A stretch of DNA of 64,000 nt. It comes from Patescibacteria group bacterium (GTDB lineage Bacteria > Patescibacteriota > Minisyncoccia > Phycocordibacterales > UBA9973). The stretch lies in assembly GCA_038063915.1 (NCBI GenBank), contig JBBTUE010000004.1, forward strand, positions 102,719 through 166,718, in the 5' to 3' direction. The notes under the pieces are model-generated. The model saw only the letters and a list, made by a program, of their open reading frames with translations, searched no databases and was not told the origin of the DNA. Position numbers and translations under genes: made by a program. Below are positions 19,925 through 29,391 of this stretch, piece after piece (positions within the stretch are counted from its first letter, which is position 1; every line of letters begins with the position of its first letter).

Positions 19925-20056
19925 GCTAGACATCCCATGCTAATTCTGCTAATATAACCGAACATCTTGCTTGTCCCGGCACTGAATCCGGTACACAATA
20001 CTCTGACCTATGTCGGAGGGTCCATAGCAAGATAATTAATAACAATAGTAATAAAA

Positions 20057-20557
20057 ATGGCAAAAGAAAAAGAAGTTGTCGAAGTGAGTGAGGATCTTAA
20101 TGAGGCAAAAGGCAGTGTCTATGAAGTTGGTTATATTATGGTGCCAACAATAGCTGAGGAGAATCTTGGGGGTGAAGTCACAGCATTTAAGGATATGCTG
20201 ACCGAGCATGGTGCAACATTTATCTCTGACGAGCATCCAAAGATGATGGAGCTCTCATACGAGATGTCCCGCTCAATAGCAAACAAGAGACAGAAATTCT
20301 CTTATGGATATTTTGGGTGGGTTAAATTTGAATGCACACCAGTGCAGGCAAAAGTTGTAAAAGATATATTAGATAAGAATGAGAAGTTGGTAAGATACCT
20401 TCTTATTAAAACGGTTCGAGAGAATACTATGTCCCCAAAGCGTCCTTATGGTAAGACTGAAGGTGGCATGAGAAGAAAATTTACTCCAAAAGAGGAAGTA
20501 TCAGGCCCAATCAATGAGGAAACCATAGACAAGGAAATAGATGCGCTTGTAGTATAA
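20057..20557 (+). CDS. rpsF: 30S ribosomal protein S6 (with C-terminal extension)
   Basis: YEVGYIMVP matches the S6 N-terminal YEIVFMVHP pattern; classic rpsF-ssb-rpsR operon. Confidence 0.85.
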   Translation: MAKEKEVVEVSEDLNEAKGSVYEVGYIMVPTIAEENLGGEVTAFKDMLTEHGATFISDEHPKMMELSYEMSRSIANKRQKFSYGYFGWVKFECTPVQAKVVKDILDKNEKLVRYLLIKTVRENTMSPKRPYGKTEGGMRRKFTPKEEVSGPINEETIDKEIDALVV

Positions 20558-20592
20558 TATAGATATTAATAGTTTAACTATTCATCAAACAT

Positions 20593-21051
20593 ATGTACTT
20601 AAATAAAGCATTACTCATAGGAAACTTAACTCGAGACCCTGAACTCAAAGCGATTCCATCTGGAATCAAAGTTTGTAGTTTCTCTATCGCAACAAATCGG
20701 GTTTGGAAAGATAAAAATGGCGCCAAGCAAGAGGCAGCAGACTATCACAATGTCGTAGTATTTGGTCGCCAAGCTGAGACCGTTGCCCAGTATATGAAGA
20801 AGGGCTCACAGGTCATGGTAGAAGGCCGTATGCAGACGAGGAGCTGGGATGACGCTGCGACTGGTACTAAAAAATATCGCACAGAAGTCATAGCTGATCG
20901 TGTCCAATTTGGTTCAAGTGGGACTGGTAAGACATCAGGTGGGTCAGGTGAATCATCTTCTAAAGCATCGGCTCCAAAAGAGGATGATGGAGAGTTAGAT
21001 ACCATCGAGTATCCTGAAGAGCAGATCAATGCAGAAGATATACCATTTTAA
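20593..21051 (+). CDS. ssb: single-stranded DNA-binding protein
   Basis: OB fold, Gly/Ser-rich linker, acidic tail ending DIPF. Confidence 0.9.
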   Translation: MYLNKALLIGNLTRDPELKAIPSGIKVCSFSIATNRVWKDKNGAKQEAADYHNVVVFGRQAETVAQYMKKGSQVMVEGRMQTRSWDDAATGTKKYRTEVIADRVQFGSSGTGKTSGGSGESSSKASAPKEDDGELDTIEYPEEQINAEDIPF

Positions 21052-21070
21052 CAAATTATAAAAGAAAATT

Positions 21071-21271
21071 ATGAAACAAGATTATTTCTCATCAAACAAT
21101 ATAAAACATATAGATTACAAGGACGTAGAACTATTAAAAAGGTTCTTAGCTCCTTCTGCTCGTATGATGGCTCGCCGTCGTACAGATGTGACTGCCAAAA
21201 ATCAACGCAAGCTCTCGATCGCTATCAAGCGGGCCAGATTTATGGGGCTACTTCCTTATATCGCAAAATAA
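21071..21271 (+). CDS. rpsR: 30S ribosomal protein S18
   Basis: IDYKDVELLKRF...QRKLSIAIKRARFMGLLPY. Confidence 0.9.
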   Translation: MKQDYFSSNNIKHIDYKDVELLKRFLAPSARMMARRRTDVTAKNQRKLSIAIKRARFMGLLPYIAK

Positions 21272-21282
21272 ATATACATCAA

Positions 21283-21311
21283 AAAACTACCTATCCCAGG
21301 TAGTTTTTTGG
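21283..21311 (+). terminator. rho-independent terminator
   Basis: aactacct-atccc-aggtagtt followed by tttttg. Confidence 0.55.
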
Positions 21312-21374
21312 TTGACAGAAAGCCCAAAAGTGCTAGCATATATGTATATAAACTAAGCTAATAAACCATTAAAT

Positions 21375-22787
21375 ATGAAAAAAATTATAGTTTTAAGTGT
21401 TTTTGTACTAGGCCTTTTATTCACTATTCAAAACGTAGCCCAAGCAATGACTACATACAAAGAGGGTTGTACTGCTACAACTGCCTTTAGTGGAGTAACT
21501 GGGGAAAAGTGCGCAACCGGAAATGTATTAGGTGGGTCAACTGCTGGCAGTGACCAGGTACCTCTACCTCCTGTGTATAACAATGATCCTTATCCTCTAC
21601 CACCTGTGCCTTATTCAGACTGTAGTAAAGCAAGCGCGCCCTCAATAACAGTTCTTTCGCCTAATGGGGGAGAGGTCTACCAAGCAGGACAGCAAATCAA
21701 AGTACAATGGAGTACTTGTAATGTATATGTTAATGAAAATATCACACTTGGAATTAATAGTTTTGAACCAAATAATACGGGAGGGTATTCAATAGTAAAT
21801 ACTATTAATGATGGAAGTGAGATTATCACTCTTCCTAGTGCCTCTCAGTTTGGACAGAATCCTGGTCAGTATCACTATGGAAATTATTTCAAAATATATG
21901 CAGCATACCTACATAATAACCAAACTCAATATATAGATTATTCTGATAATTTATTCACTATCAACGGTCCTAAAATTAGTGTTTGCGCTAACGAAGTTCC
22001 TTCAATCACAGTTCTCTCACCTAATGGAGGAGAAATATACCAAGCAGGAGAACCAATTCCTCTTAAATGGAAGACTTGTAACATTGGAAGTGACAAAAAA
22101 ATAAGAATTCAAATGAATCTTTATAAGAGTACCGTCTCTAATTACACCGTTCCTATGATAGGACAGACTCCATTTGAAGGTACTTATATTAATAATTGGA
22201 CACCAAATGATGGTGAAGAGATTACCCGCTTAGATATAGATAATTTTTCTGCACATGAACCTTTCAGATATGGTATTGATTTCAAAGTTTATATCCAAGC
22301 TCAAGATATGAATAATAATGCTGTCTTGATTGCTGATGATTATTCAGATAATTTTTTTACAATTAGAGCAAAAGTCTCAGGAGGTTGTACATCGGTTTCA
22401 AGCGTTAATTGTGGCAATGATATTATTCCTATGCCACCTGTGCCTTATCCAGATTGTAAAGGTGTGAGTTCAACCGATGATACTAAGCCATGTGGTCCTA
22501 CAATAAGCCCTGTCGATTATAGTTGTCTATTTAGCAAGTACAGTACTAGTATCGGAGAACCTTGTTCTAAATTACCACCAGTTCCTGCAAAGAAAATTAG
22601 AGTACTAAGACCTGGATTAAGAGGTGACGACGTCAAAGCCCTTCAAGAATGGCTCAATATCAAAGCTGATGGCGTATACGGCCGTGGTACTGCAAAGAAA
22701 GTTAAAGAATGGCAATTATTGCATGACCTTAAGCCTGACGGAGCATTCGGTTCTGCTAGTCGAGGGAAAATCGATTCTAGCAACTAG
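21375..22787 (+). CDS. secreted protein with two Kre9/KNH-like repeat modules and a C-terminal peptidoglycan-binding domain
   Basis: Signal peptide; repeated SITVLSPNGGE[VI]YQAG...W modules; PP-rich Cys linkers (PLPPVPYSDC, PMPPVPYPDC); C-terminal GDDVKALQEWLNIKADGVYG...PDGAFG PG_binding_1-like. Confidence 0.6.
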   Translation: MKKIIVLSVFVLGLLFTIQNVAQAMTTYKEGCTATTAFSGVTGEKCATGNVLGGSTAGSDQVPLPPVYNNDPYPLPPVPYSDCSKASAPSITVLSPNGGEVYQAGQQIKVQWSTCNVYVNENITLGINSFEPNNTGGYSIVNTINDGSEIITLPSASQFGQNPGQYHYGNYFKIYAAYLHNNQTQYIDYSDNLFTINGPKISVCANEVPSITVLSPNGGEIYQAGEPIPLKWKTCNIGSDKKIRIQMNLYKSTVSNYTVPMIGQTPFEGTYINNWTPNDGEEITRLDIDNFSAHEPFRYGIDFKVYIQAQDMNNNAVLIADDYSDNFFTIRAKVSGGCTSVSSVNCGNDIIPMPPVPYPDCKGVSSTDDTKPCGPTISPVDYSCLFSKYSTSIGEPCSKLPPVPAKKIRVLRPGLRGDDVKALQEWLNIKADGVYGRGTAKKVKEWQLLHDLKPDGAFGSASRGKIDSSN

Positions 22788-22830
22788 CTCAAATAAAAAT
22801 CCTCTCAGTTGAGAGGATTTTTATTTGAGC
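22787..22830. terminator. 44-nt perfect palindrome; bidirectional terminator between convergent genes
   Basis: gctcaaataaaaatcctctca-gtt-(t)gagaggatttttatttgagc, 20-21 bp perfect arms; overlaps stop codons of both flanking genes. Confidence 0.6.
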
Positions 22831-23555
22831 TGTAGTGATTTTAGTAATATATCCAATTCTTCGCCTTTGATTTCTTCAAATCCACCCAGTGGAATTTTAC
22901 AAAGCTCTATATTCATAATACGGATGCGTTTGAGATCCATTACATTGTGATGTAGAGCTTCACACATACGGCGGATTTGGCGTTTCTTACCCTCGGTAAG
23001 AATTATATGAAAGGTGTCTTTGCTCTTACGCCCGCCTGCGCTGGCAGGCCAGACTTTGCATTTCTGACTTATGAATCCATCAAATTTGACTCCATTTCCC
23101 AAGAGCTCTACAAATTTATCAGAAAATGCGGGTTCAACTTTTACTACGTACTCTTTCTCATGGATATATTTTGGCGAGAGCAATCTATCTGTCACCCGAC
23201 CATCATTTGTCATAATTATTAGCCCGTGTGAATCTTTATCAAGTCGGCCGATAGGGAAGACCCGAACTGGGAATCTAGTTGCTTGTAAAATATCCTTACT
23301 TCCTTTGTCTGGATTTGTGGATATGCCAATTGCTTTATTATAAGCATAATATACGTAATTATCTTTCGGTGCTTTTTTACTCACCTCTACCGCGTCACCT
23401 TCTTTTACTTGGTCGCCCAGAATAGCTTTCTTTCCATTAATAGTCACGAATCCTTTTTTGATAAGTAGATCTGCGCCTGTGCGAGTAGCAAAGGCATGAA
23501 GCGCAAGATATCTATTGATTCGGATTGGGTATGCTATATTTTTCGTTGTTTTCAT
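22821..23555 (-). CDS. pseudouridine synthase, RsuA/RluB family
   Basis: N-terminal S4 domain plus PIGRLDKDSHGLIIMTNDG catalytic-Asp motif. Confidence 0.85.
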   Translation of the reverse strand: MKTTKNIAYPIRINRYLALHAFATRTGADLLIKKGFVTINGKKAILGDQVKEGDAVEVSKKAPKDNYVYYAYNKAIGISTNPDKGSKDILQATRFPVRVFPIGRLDKDSHGLIIMTNDGRVTDRLLSPKYIHEKEYVVKVEPAFSDKFVELLGNGVKFDGFISQKCKVWPASAGGRKSKDTFHIILTEGKKRQIRRMCEALHHNVMDLKRIRIMNIELCKIPLGGFEEIKGEELDILLKSLQLK

Positions 23556-24708
23556 GATTATGTTTTAAATATGGAATATAGTACAGTCCACAAAGTACGA
23601 TAATACCAAGGATGATGAATAAATATTTAAATGGCAAAAATACAAAAATCAAAGTTGCAAATAACGGCGCAATTATATACGCTACCGGAGCCATATCTCT
23701 AAATACGCCAAGTAAATATGCTTCCTCTTCTTTTATGTGTGTGAAGAAATATATTTCTGATGCTGTCTCAACTATACTTGCGCCAGTACGGGTCAGAAAT
23801 AGTACGAGTGCCCATAGTGCCACACTCTTAATACTTATAAATGGTATTGCAAGTGTAGAGATTGCCATGATGAGAAACCCTATTATTAAGAGTGTTCGTT
23901 TTTTTACATGATATTTATCTACTAATATCCCGACAGGTAACCCAAATATTACAAAAGGAGCAAGCATTATTGTAAATATTACCCCAATCTGATCCCACCC
24001 AAATCCTATATGCTCCATGAGGTATATTGGTGTATAAACTACCATCCAAGCAAAGAAGAACTGCAGGATAAAGTTTATTATAGTAATTGAGAGCATGTGT
24101 TTATTTGTTTTCAGGTATCTATATGTCTTCAAGAACGGCGCTCTTTCATACTTTTTATCATTAAAATCTTTGACAGAGAAGAATAACCCCAAAGTCATTA
24201 GAATAACAGTAGCAAGAGCTACTATATAGACAGAAATATACCCTCCTTCTTGTGTAATAAGTAGAGCCGTGATGAGAGGTGAGAGCATCCAAGCTATATT
24301 GGTGATAGTCAGGTATAGTCCTCGATTCCTACCGATGGTTTCAGGGTTACCAAAGTGTTCGATGAAGATATCTAAGCATAGCGCGATAAGGGTGTTGGTA
24401 GTTAGTATAGATATGAAAGATAGAGCTATCAGACTTGAGTTGCCAGAAGATATAAGACATGCAAGTGATAGCATGTTAATAAAAAGCAACCATAATACTA
24501 GCTTGCGATTACCGAAGTATTTCAGTAAATTTGGGCTCCTTGAGAGCAGAATTATTGTAATAATAGCTCCGACGGTATAGAGGAGACCTACATATTTTTC
24601 CGAGATGATTTTAGTTAAAAATGTTGAGTTAACATAGGCCGATAGGGAAATATGAAGTGTAAATAGGAATGACAGTATATACATTCGGTGAATTTTTGTA
24701 AGTTTCAT
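23512..24708 (-). CDS. MFS transporter
   Basis: 12 predicted TM helices, MFS-like loops; 3' end overlaps the pseudouridine synthase start. Confidence 0.7.
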   Translation of the reverse strand: MKLTKIHRMYILSFLFTLHISLSAYVNSTFLTKIISEKYVGLLYTVGAIITIILLSRSPNLLKYFGNRKLVLWLLFINMLSLACLISSGNSSLIALSFISILTTNTLIALCLDIFIEHFGNPETIGRNRGLYLTITNIAWMLSPLITALLITQEGGYISVYIVALATVILMTLGLFFSVKDFNDKKYERAPFLKTYRYLKTNKHMLSITIINFILQFFFAWMVVYTPIYLMEHIGFGWDQIGVIFTIMLAPFVIFGLPVGILVDKYHVKKRTLLIIGFLIMAISTLAIPFISIKSVALWALVLFLTRTGASIVETASEIYFFTHIKEEEAYLLGVFRDMAPVAYIIAPLFATLIFVFLPFKYLFIILGIIVLCGLYYIPYLKHNHENNEKYSIPNPNQ

Positions 24709-24714
24709 ATATTT

Positions 24715-26685
24715 CTAGACGCTTAATAGCACAGGTATGACCAATGGACGCTTTGCAGTTTTCTGATACAGGAATTTTGATATATTATCTCCTAAATTTG
24801 TTTTTATCATATCAAAATTTATAGGATTCATTCCACGGGCACCGTCTTCGATGGTCTTTTTAATTATTAATCTGACTTGATGAAGTAGTTCCTGATTTTC
24901 TTTTAGATAAATAAATCCACGAGAAATAATATCTGGGGATTTACGCAATTTGCCAGTCTCTGAGTCAATTGTAGCAATAAGAACAAACATACCGTCTTGA
25001 GCAAGCATCTGGCGGTCACGAATTACGACTTCTTGTTCATCGCCAACTGAGAATCCATCTACCATCATAGGCCCAGACGGTGCCTTTTCCTTGCGTACAT
25101 TAATTTTTGTACCTTCGTTTGTAATCTCAATTATAGAGCCATTATCTGGGACTACAATATTTTCCTCAGACATACCGATCGACATAGCGACCTCTTTGTG
25201 TTTGACAAGCATTGAGTGCCAACCATGAATTGGTATAAAGAATTTTGGATGAGTCTTCCTATGGAGCCATTTAATATCTTCTTGGTTGCCGTGCCCTGTG
25301 GCATGAATAGTCTCCTCAGAGGTACGGTAGCTTATTATTTTTACCCCATGTCGAGCGAGGTTATCTTTTAAGTGTTGAACTGATATCTCATTTCCAGGAA
25401 CAATCGAAGCTGAGAGTATGATAGTATCTCCCTTTCTAATTGTGAATTTTTTATGGGTTTTATTAGCTGCACGATTGAGCGACGCAAATTCTTCACCTTG
25501 AGCTCCAGTCATTAGAACTATAACTTTGTTCGGGGGATAACTGTCCACATCTTCAACTGGGATAATCGTGCCTTTTTTAGGTTTGAATAATCCGGCTTGT
25601 TCGCAGACTTCCATATTTGTTTTCAAGGACCTTCCATCTAGTACCACTTTCTTGCCTAGTGACTCAGCAATTTCTACTACTTTTACTAAACGAGTAATAT
25701 GAGAAGCAAAAGCAGCAATAATGATACGCCCAGTACCTTGCTTGATGAGTTTATCAAGACCTTCATGCACACGTACTTCTGGAAGTGAGAACCCTTCATT
25801 TTCGATATTTGTTGAGTCAGTCAAAAGGAGCAATACTTTTTCTTTATCAAAAAAAGCATACTCTTTTTCTTCTTCGTCAGAGACTTTACCGTCTATCTGA
25901 TCGAGCTTATAGTCTCCAGCTGTAACTATTGATCCAAATGGAGTCTCAATAATAATCCCCATAGAGTCAGGCACTGTATGTGTGACTCCAAAGAAGCGAA
26001 TTTTCATCTCGCCTGCATGTATGACAGAGTTTTTTTCAACTATTTGAGTATTTAATGCTGGTAGGTGAGGGAATTCTTCTTGGCGCTTCTTCATTAAAAG
26101 GATAGATAGATTCCTAGAGTAGAGTGGTGGATTGCCTATACGACTCATAACAAGTGGTATACCACCAATGTGATCTAGGTGGCCGTGGGTGACAAACATT
26201 CCGCGAATTTTTTCCTTCCTTTCTTCCAAGTAAGTAGTATTGGGTATTATATAGTCTATACCAGGTGTATCTTCTGTTTTAAACTGCATACCAGCATCTA
26301 TGACAATTATGTCGTTACCTATTTCGATAGCTGTCATATTTTTTCCTATCTCTTCAACACCTCCAAGTGGAATAACACGGATTACACCACTCTCTGGTGG
26401 GGGGATAAGATGAGTCTTTCTCTTAGATATTGTAGGCGTAGTGTTTGGCGCCTGTGCTTGGGCGCGAGGCCTTCTTCCACCCTTATTATTACCATATTGG
26501 TAACTACCTTTACTGCCTCTATTTCCACTCTGACTAGTTTTATGGTAGAAACTTTTACTAGCCTGTTTATTATTATCAGTACTCTCTGTGTTCGTTTGTG
26601 GCTTGTGCAGGGTACGAGCGTAATTTACTTTATTGTTGTGAAAGTTATTACTCTTCGGTTTTCTATTCGGCTGTGATTGATCCAT
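24715..26685 (-). CDS. rnj: ribonuclease J with N-terminal low-complexity extension
   Basis: MBL/beta-CASP motifs (VTHGHLDHIGG, etc.). The first ~100 aa are basic and N/Q/G/S-rich (NNKVNYARTLHKPQ...GGRRPRAQAQAP). Confidence 0.85.
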   Translation of the reverse strand: MDQSQPNRKPKSNNFHNNKVNYARTLHKPQTNTESTDNNKQASKSFYHKTSQSGNRGSKGSYQYGNNKGGRRPRAQAQAPNTTPTISKRKTHLIPPPESGVIRVIPLGGVEEIGKNMTAIEIGNDIIVIDAGMQFKTEDTPGIDYIIPNTTYLEERKEKIRGMFVTHGHLDHIGGIPLVMSRIGNPPLYSRNLSILLMKKRQEEFPHLPALNTQIVEKNSVIHAGEMKIRFFGVTHTVPDSMGIIIETPFGSIVTAGDYKLDQIDGKVSDEEEKEYAFFDKEKVLLLLTDSTNIENEGFSLPEVRVHEGLDKLIKQGTGRIIIAAFASHITRLVKVVEIAESLGKKVVLDGRSLKTNMEVCEQAGLFKPKKGTIIPVEDVDSYPPNKVIVLMTGAQGEEFASLNRAANKTHKKFTIRKGDTIILSASIVPGNEISVQHLKDNLARHGVKIISYRTSEETIHATGHGNQEDIKWLHRKTHPKFFIPIHGWHSMLVKHKEVAMSIGMSEENIVVPDNGSIIEITNEGTKINVRKEKAPSGPMMVDGFSVGDEQEVVIRDRQMLAQDGMFVLIATIDSETGKLRKSPDIISRGFIYLKENQELLHQVRLIIKKTIEDGARGMNPINFDMIKTNLGDNISKFLYQKTAKRPLVIPVLLSV

Positions 26686-26698
26686 ATATTATTATTCT

Positions 26699-28507
26699 TT
26701 ATTTAGTAAAAATCTTCCATACATTTTCAGTATCAGCGTACCAACTGAAGATCTGGGTAAAACGATCCGACGGTATTGTTAATGTGCTTAGATTTAGATT
26801 TCCAAGCTTAGGAGACGTAGCATATAAATATTTAGGTGAATAAACTAAAAGCGCTGGCACGTCCTTATTAAATTCTTTTATGAAATCTTCATATTTGCCT
26901 CCTCTATCTTTTTGGGTAGTTATCTTCTGTGCTGATTCAAGTATACTATCTACATCTTTGTTGCTGTACATAGCAATATTGAGTCCAGGATCTGCTTTTT
27001 GGCTAGAATGCCAGAATGAAAATAAGTCAGATTCATGATTAACTATTTGTCCAAAAAATAAAACTTCATAATCACGAGCCCTTATTAATTGATTAAGTGG
27101 ACCAGTTTCATAAATTTTTATATCAATTTGTGCACCTAATTTTTCTAGTTGCTCTTTGATTAGTAGAGATACACTTTTCAACTCTGGAGTATTACCTGTA
27201 GTAATTGAAAAAGAAAGCCTAATAACAGGTCCGTTATTTACAGTTACTTTTTCAGTAACCGTCTTCTTGCCTACTTTCTTTGTTTTCGATACAGTTGTGA
27301 TTCCACCCTTAGAGCGTATCCCGTCTATTCCTTGAATCCAACCAGCATTATCAAGTATCAGTCTAGCTTCATCCAAAGAAGAGTTTCTATATTTTTCTTT
27401 CGATGGGTCGTTTATAATAGTTTCTGGAATTGGTCCATGAGTTATATCTGCATACCCATACAAGACTTTGTCAATTATTTCTTGTCTATCTATAGCTTTG
27501 TCAAATGCGGTTACCACATTTTTATCTGCAAATATTTTATTGTTATTACTGTTCCAAAATACCCCAAATATACGAGGTAAAGTAGCAGTATTTATAGTAT
27601 ATTCAGCTTTCGTAATATCTCTTGCATTTTCAGGAGATATGCCAGAAGCTTGATCGATAGAGTGTGATAACAGGGCATCCACTAAATCTTTTTCATTTGA
27701 ATATGAAATTATGTTCATATACTTGATATGCGGTTCGCCAAGCACAAATCCTTTGAATCTTTTTAATTGATATTCATTTGGAACACCGTCACTGTCTTTT
27801 GATACAGAGTCTATTAGATAGGGGCCAGATCCTATAGCTTTGATATTTAAGCTAGATAGGCCAAACTCTGCCGGGGTGACATTTTTCCATATATGCATAG
27901 GTAAAATACCTATAGTAGTATTATCGATGAACGATATGTAAGGTTGCTTTAAAGTAAAGACAATAGTACTTTCATCTTTTTTACTAACGCTTACTCCATC
28001 CCAACCTATTTTTCTCGGACTCTTTATTAATGGATCCTTTATTTTTTCAATAGTGAATACTATATCGTCCGCTGTAACCTTAACTCCGTCTTGGAATTTT
28101 GCGTTTTTCTTGAGTATGAAAGTATAAGTCATACCATCCCCTGATACATCATACGATTCTGCTAGATCGTTTATAAAGTCACCGTTTGGCATTTTTCTCA
28201 TTAATCCACTATATACAAGAGTGGTTAAATCTTTATCTGCGTCAGATAGTGCAAGAGCAGGATTTACTAATGTCGGTGTACCAATAATGCCTTCGTTGAT
28301 AGTTCCTCCATCAGATGGTATGGGTACCATAAAAGAGATGTTTACTTTCTCTAATATCACTATCATTGCTACAACTGCGATAGACAAAGTTGCTACGAAA
28401 ATAATGAACTCCTTCTTCGAAAAAGATGCTCTAGCATCTAGGAGTTCTTTCTTTTTTGGAATTTTAAATTCTTTTATAAATGTGAGAAATTTCTGCATAC
28501 AATGCAT
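26699..28507 (-). CDS. ABC transporter substrate-binding protein, family 5 (peptide/nickel type), membrane-anchored
   Basis: SBP_bac_5-like length and motifs, N-terminal TM anchor (no lipobox). Confidence 0.75.
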   Translation of the reverse strand: MHCMQKFLTFIKEFKIPKKKELLDARASFSKKEFIIFVATLSIAVVAMIVILEKVNISFMVPIPSDGGTINEGIIGTPTLVNPALALSDADKDLTTLVYSGLMRKMPNGDFINDLAESYDVSGDGMTYTFILKKNAKFQDGVKVTADDIVFTIEKIKDPLIKSPRKIGWDGVSVSKKDESTIVFTLKQPYISFIDNTTIGILPMHIWKNVTPAEFGLSSLNIKAIGSGPYLIDSVSKDSDGVPNEYQLKRFKGFVLGEPHIKYMNIISYSNEKDLVDALLSHSIDQASGISPENARDITKAEYTINTATLPRIFGVFWNSNNNKIFADKNVVTAFDKAIDRQEIIDKVLYGYADITHGPIPETIINDPSKEKYRNSSLDEARLILDNAGWIQGIDGIRSKGGITTVSKTKKVGKKTVTEKVTVNNGPVIRLSFSITTGNTPELKSVSLLIKEQLEKLGAQIDIKIYETGPLNQLIRARDYEVLFFGQIVNHESDLFSFWHSSQKADPGLNIAMYSNKDVDSILESAQKITTQKDRGGKYEDFIKEFNKDVPALLVYSPKYLYATSPKLGNLNLSTLTIPSDRFTQIFSWYADTENVWKIFTK

Positions 28508-28541
28508 TTCAAACGGATAGATACCAACTTAATGTTGAATT

Positions 28542-28784
28542 TTATTTAACGAGTATTGCAACAAACGCTGATGCAGCAAAAAGTATACCAACCACGATTG
28601 TAGTAATAAATAGGAACTTTTCAAATCCACGTCGGGTGTGATAGAGTCCACCACCGTCTCCACCTCCAAGTGCGCCACCAAGCCCTGCGCTAGATTGCTG
28701 AAGTAGGATTGCAACAACCAAAATGATAGACAGTATAATCTGTATATATGGTAATACATTAGCAATAATCGTCATAAAATCCAT
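28542..28784 (-). CDS. secG: preprotein translocase subunit SecG
   Basis: ILLQQSSAGLGGALGGGDGGG...RRGFEKFLFITT, two TM helices; start trimmed to MDFMTII. Confidence 0.7.
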   Translation of the reverse strand: MDFMTIIANVLPYIQIILSIILVVAILLQQSSAGLGGALGGGDGGGLYHTRRGFEKFLFITTIVVGILFAASAFVAILVK

Positions 28785-28842
28785 GTTACTATATTTAGAC
28801 AAAGATTGCAAATATTATATGTACTTAATTAAACACAATTTG

Positions 28843-28924
28843 TGCCCAGGAGAGGACTTGAACCTCCAAGGATTTCTCCACTAGTTCCTAAGACTAGCGC
28901 GTATACCAATTCCGCCACCTGGGC
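28843..28924 (-). tRNA. tRNA-Leu (anticodon TAG), type II long variable arm, CCA not encoded
   Basis: Reverse complement gcccaggtggcggaattggtatacgc...cttagga anticodon loop...ggttcaagtcctctcctgggca; cloverleaf pairs. Confidence 0.85.
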
Positions 28925-28959
28925 ATATTTTATTTTCTAACATGGGCGGGACTTTCCGC

Positions 28960-29035
28960 TGGAGGCGTGGGCGGGAATTGAACCCGCGCATGTCGGTTTT
29001 GCAGACCGAAGCGTTACCACTTCGCCACCACGCCC
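28960..29035 (-). tRNA. tRNA-Cys (anticodon GCA), CCA encoded
   Basis: Reverse complement ggcgtggtggcgaagtggtaacgc-ttcggt ctgcaaa accga-...gcgggttcaattcccgcccacgcctcca. Confidence 0.85.
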
Positions 29036-29057
29036 TATTTCATTATGCATTTATATC

Positions 29058-29390
29058 CTAGCTTTTCGCGAGCAATTCGTCAATTTTCTGACGATTCTTT
29101 TCTCCCTCGTCTATTTCCACATCGAGGAAGGGTATAGGGTTTATTCGAAGCCCTTTGGTGACATATTTACGTAAATCTCCCAAGTTACGTTTTATAAATC
29201 CATATGCGGCATTCTCTTTCTCGCGCGGGAGAACAGTCACCATGATTTTTGCTTTCTTGTTGTCCGGAGTTAGTATTACTCTAGTAACTGTAATCATAGA
29301 AGTCGGGCCTCCTTCACGTTCTATATAGGTCGCAGCGAGTTCACGGATATGATTGGCTATTTTTTCTCCACGAAATTCTTTGGTATTCAT
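29058..29390 (-). CDS. rbfA: ribosome-binding factor A
   Basis: RbfA fold signature (ITVTRVILTPDNKKAKIMVTVL); directly downstream of infB. Confidence 0.8.
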   Translation of the reverse strand: MNTKEFRGEKIANHIRELAATYIEREGGPTSMITVTRVILTPDNKKAKIMVTVLPREKENAAYGFIKRNLGDLRKYVTKGLRINPIPFLDVEIDEGEKNRQKIDELLAKS

Positions 29391-29391
29391 C

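Noticed and set aside
19925-20056. Possible structured RNA or leader in the 130-nt TatD-rpsF spacer
   Set aside because: I could not see a convincing conserved secondary structure or a known leader motif by eye. It may simply carry the rpsF operon promoter. A covariance-model scan would be needed.
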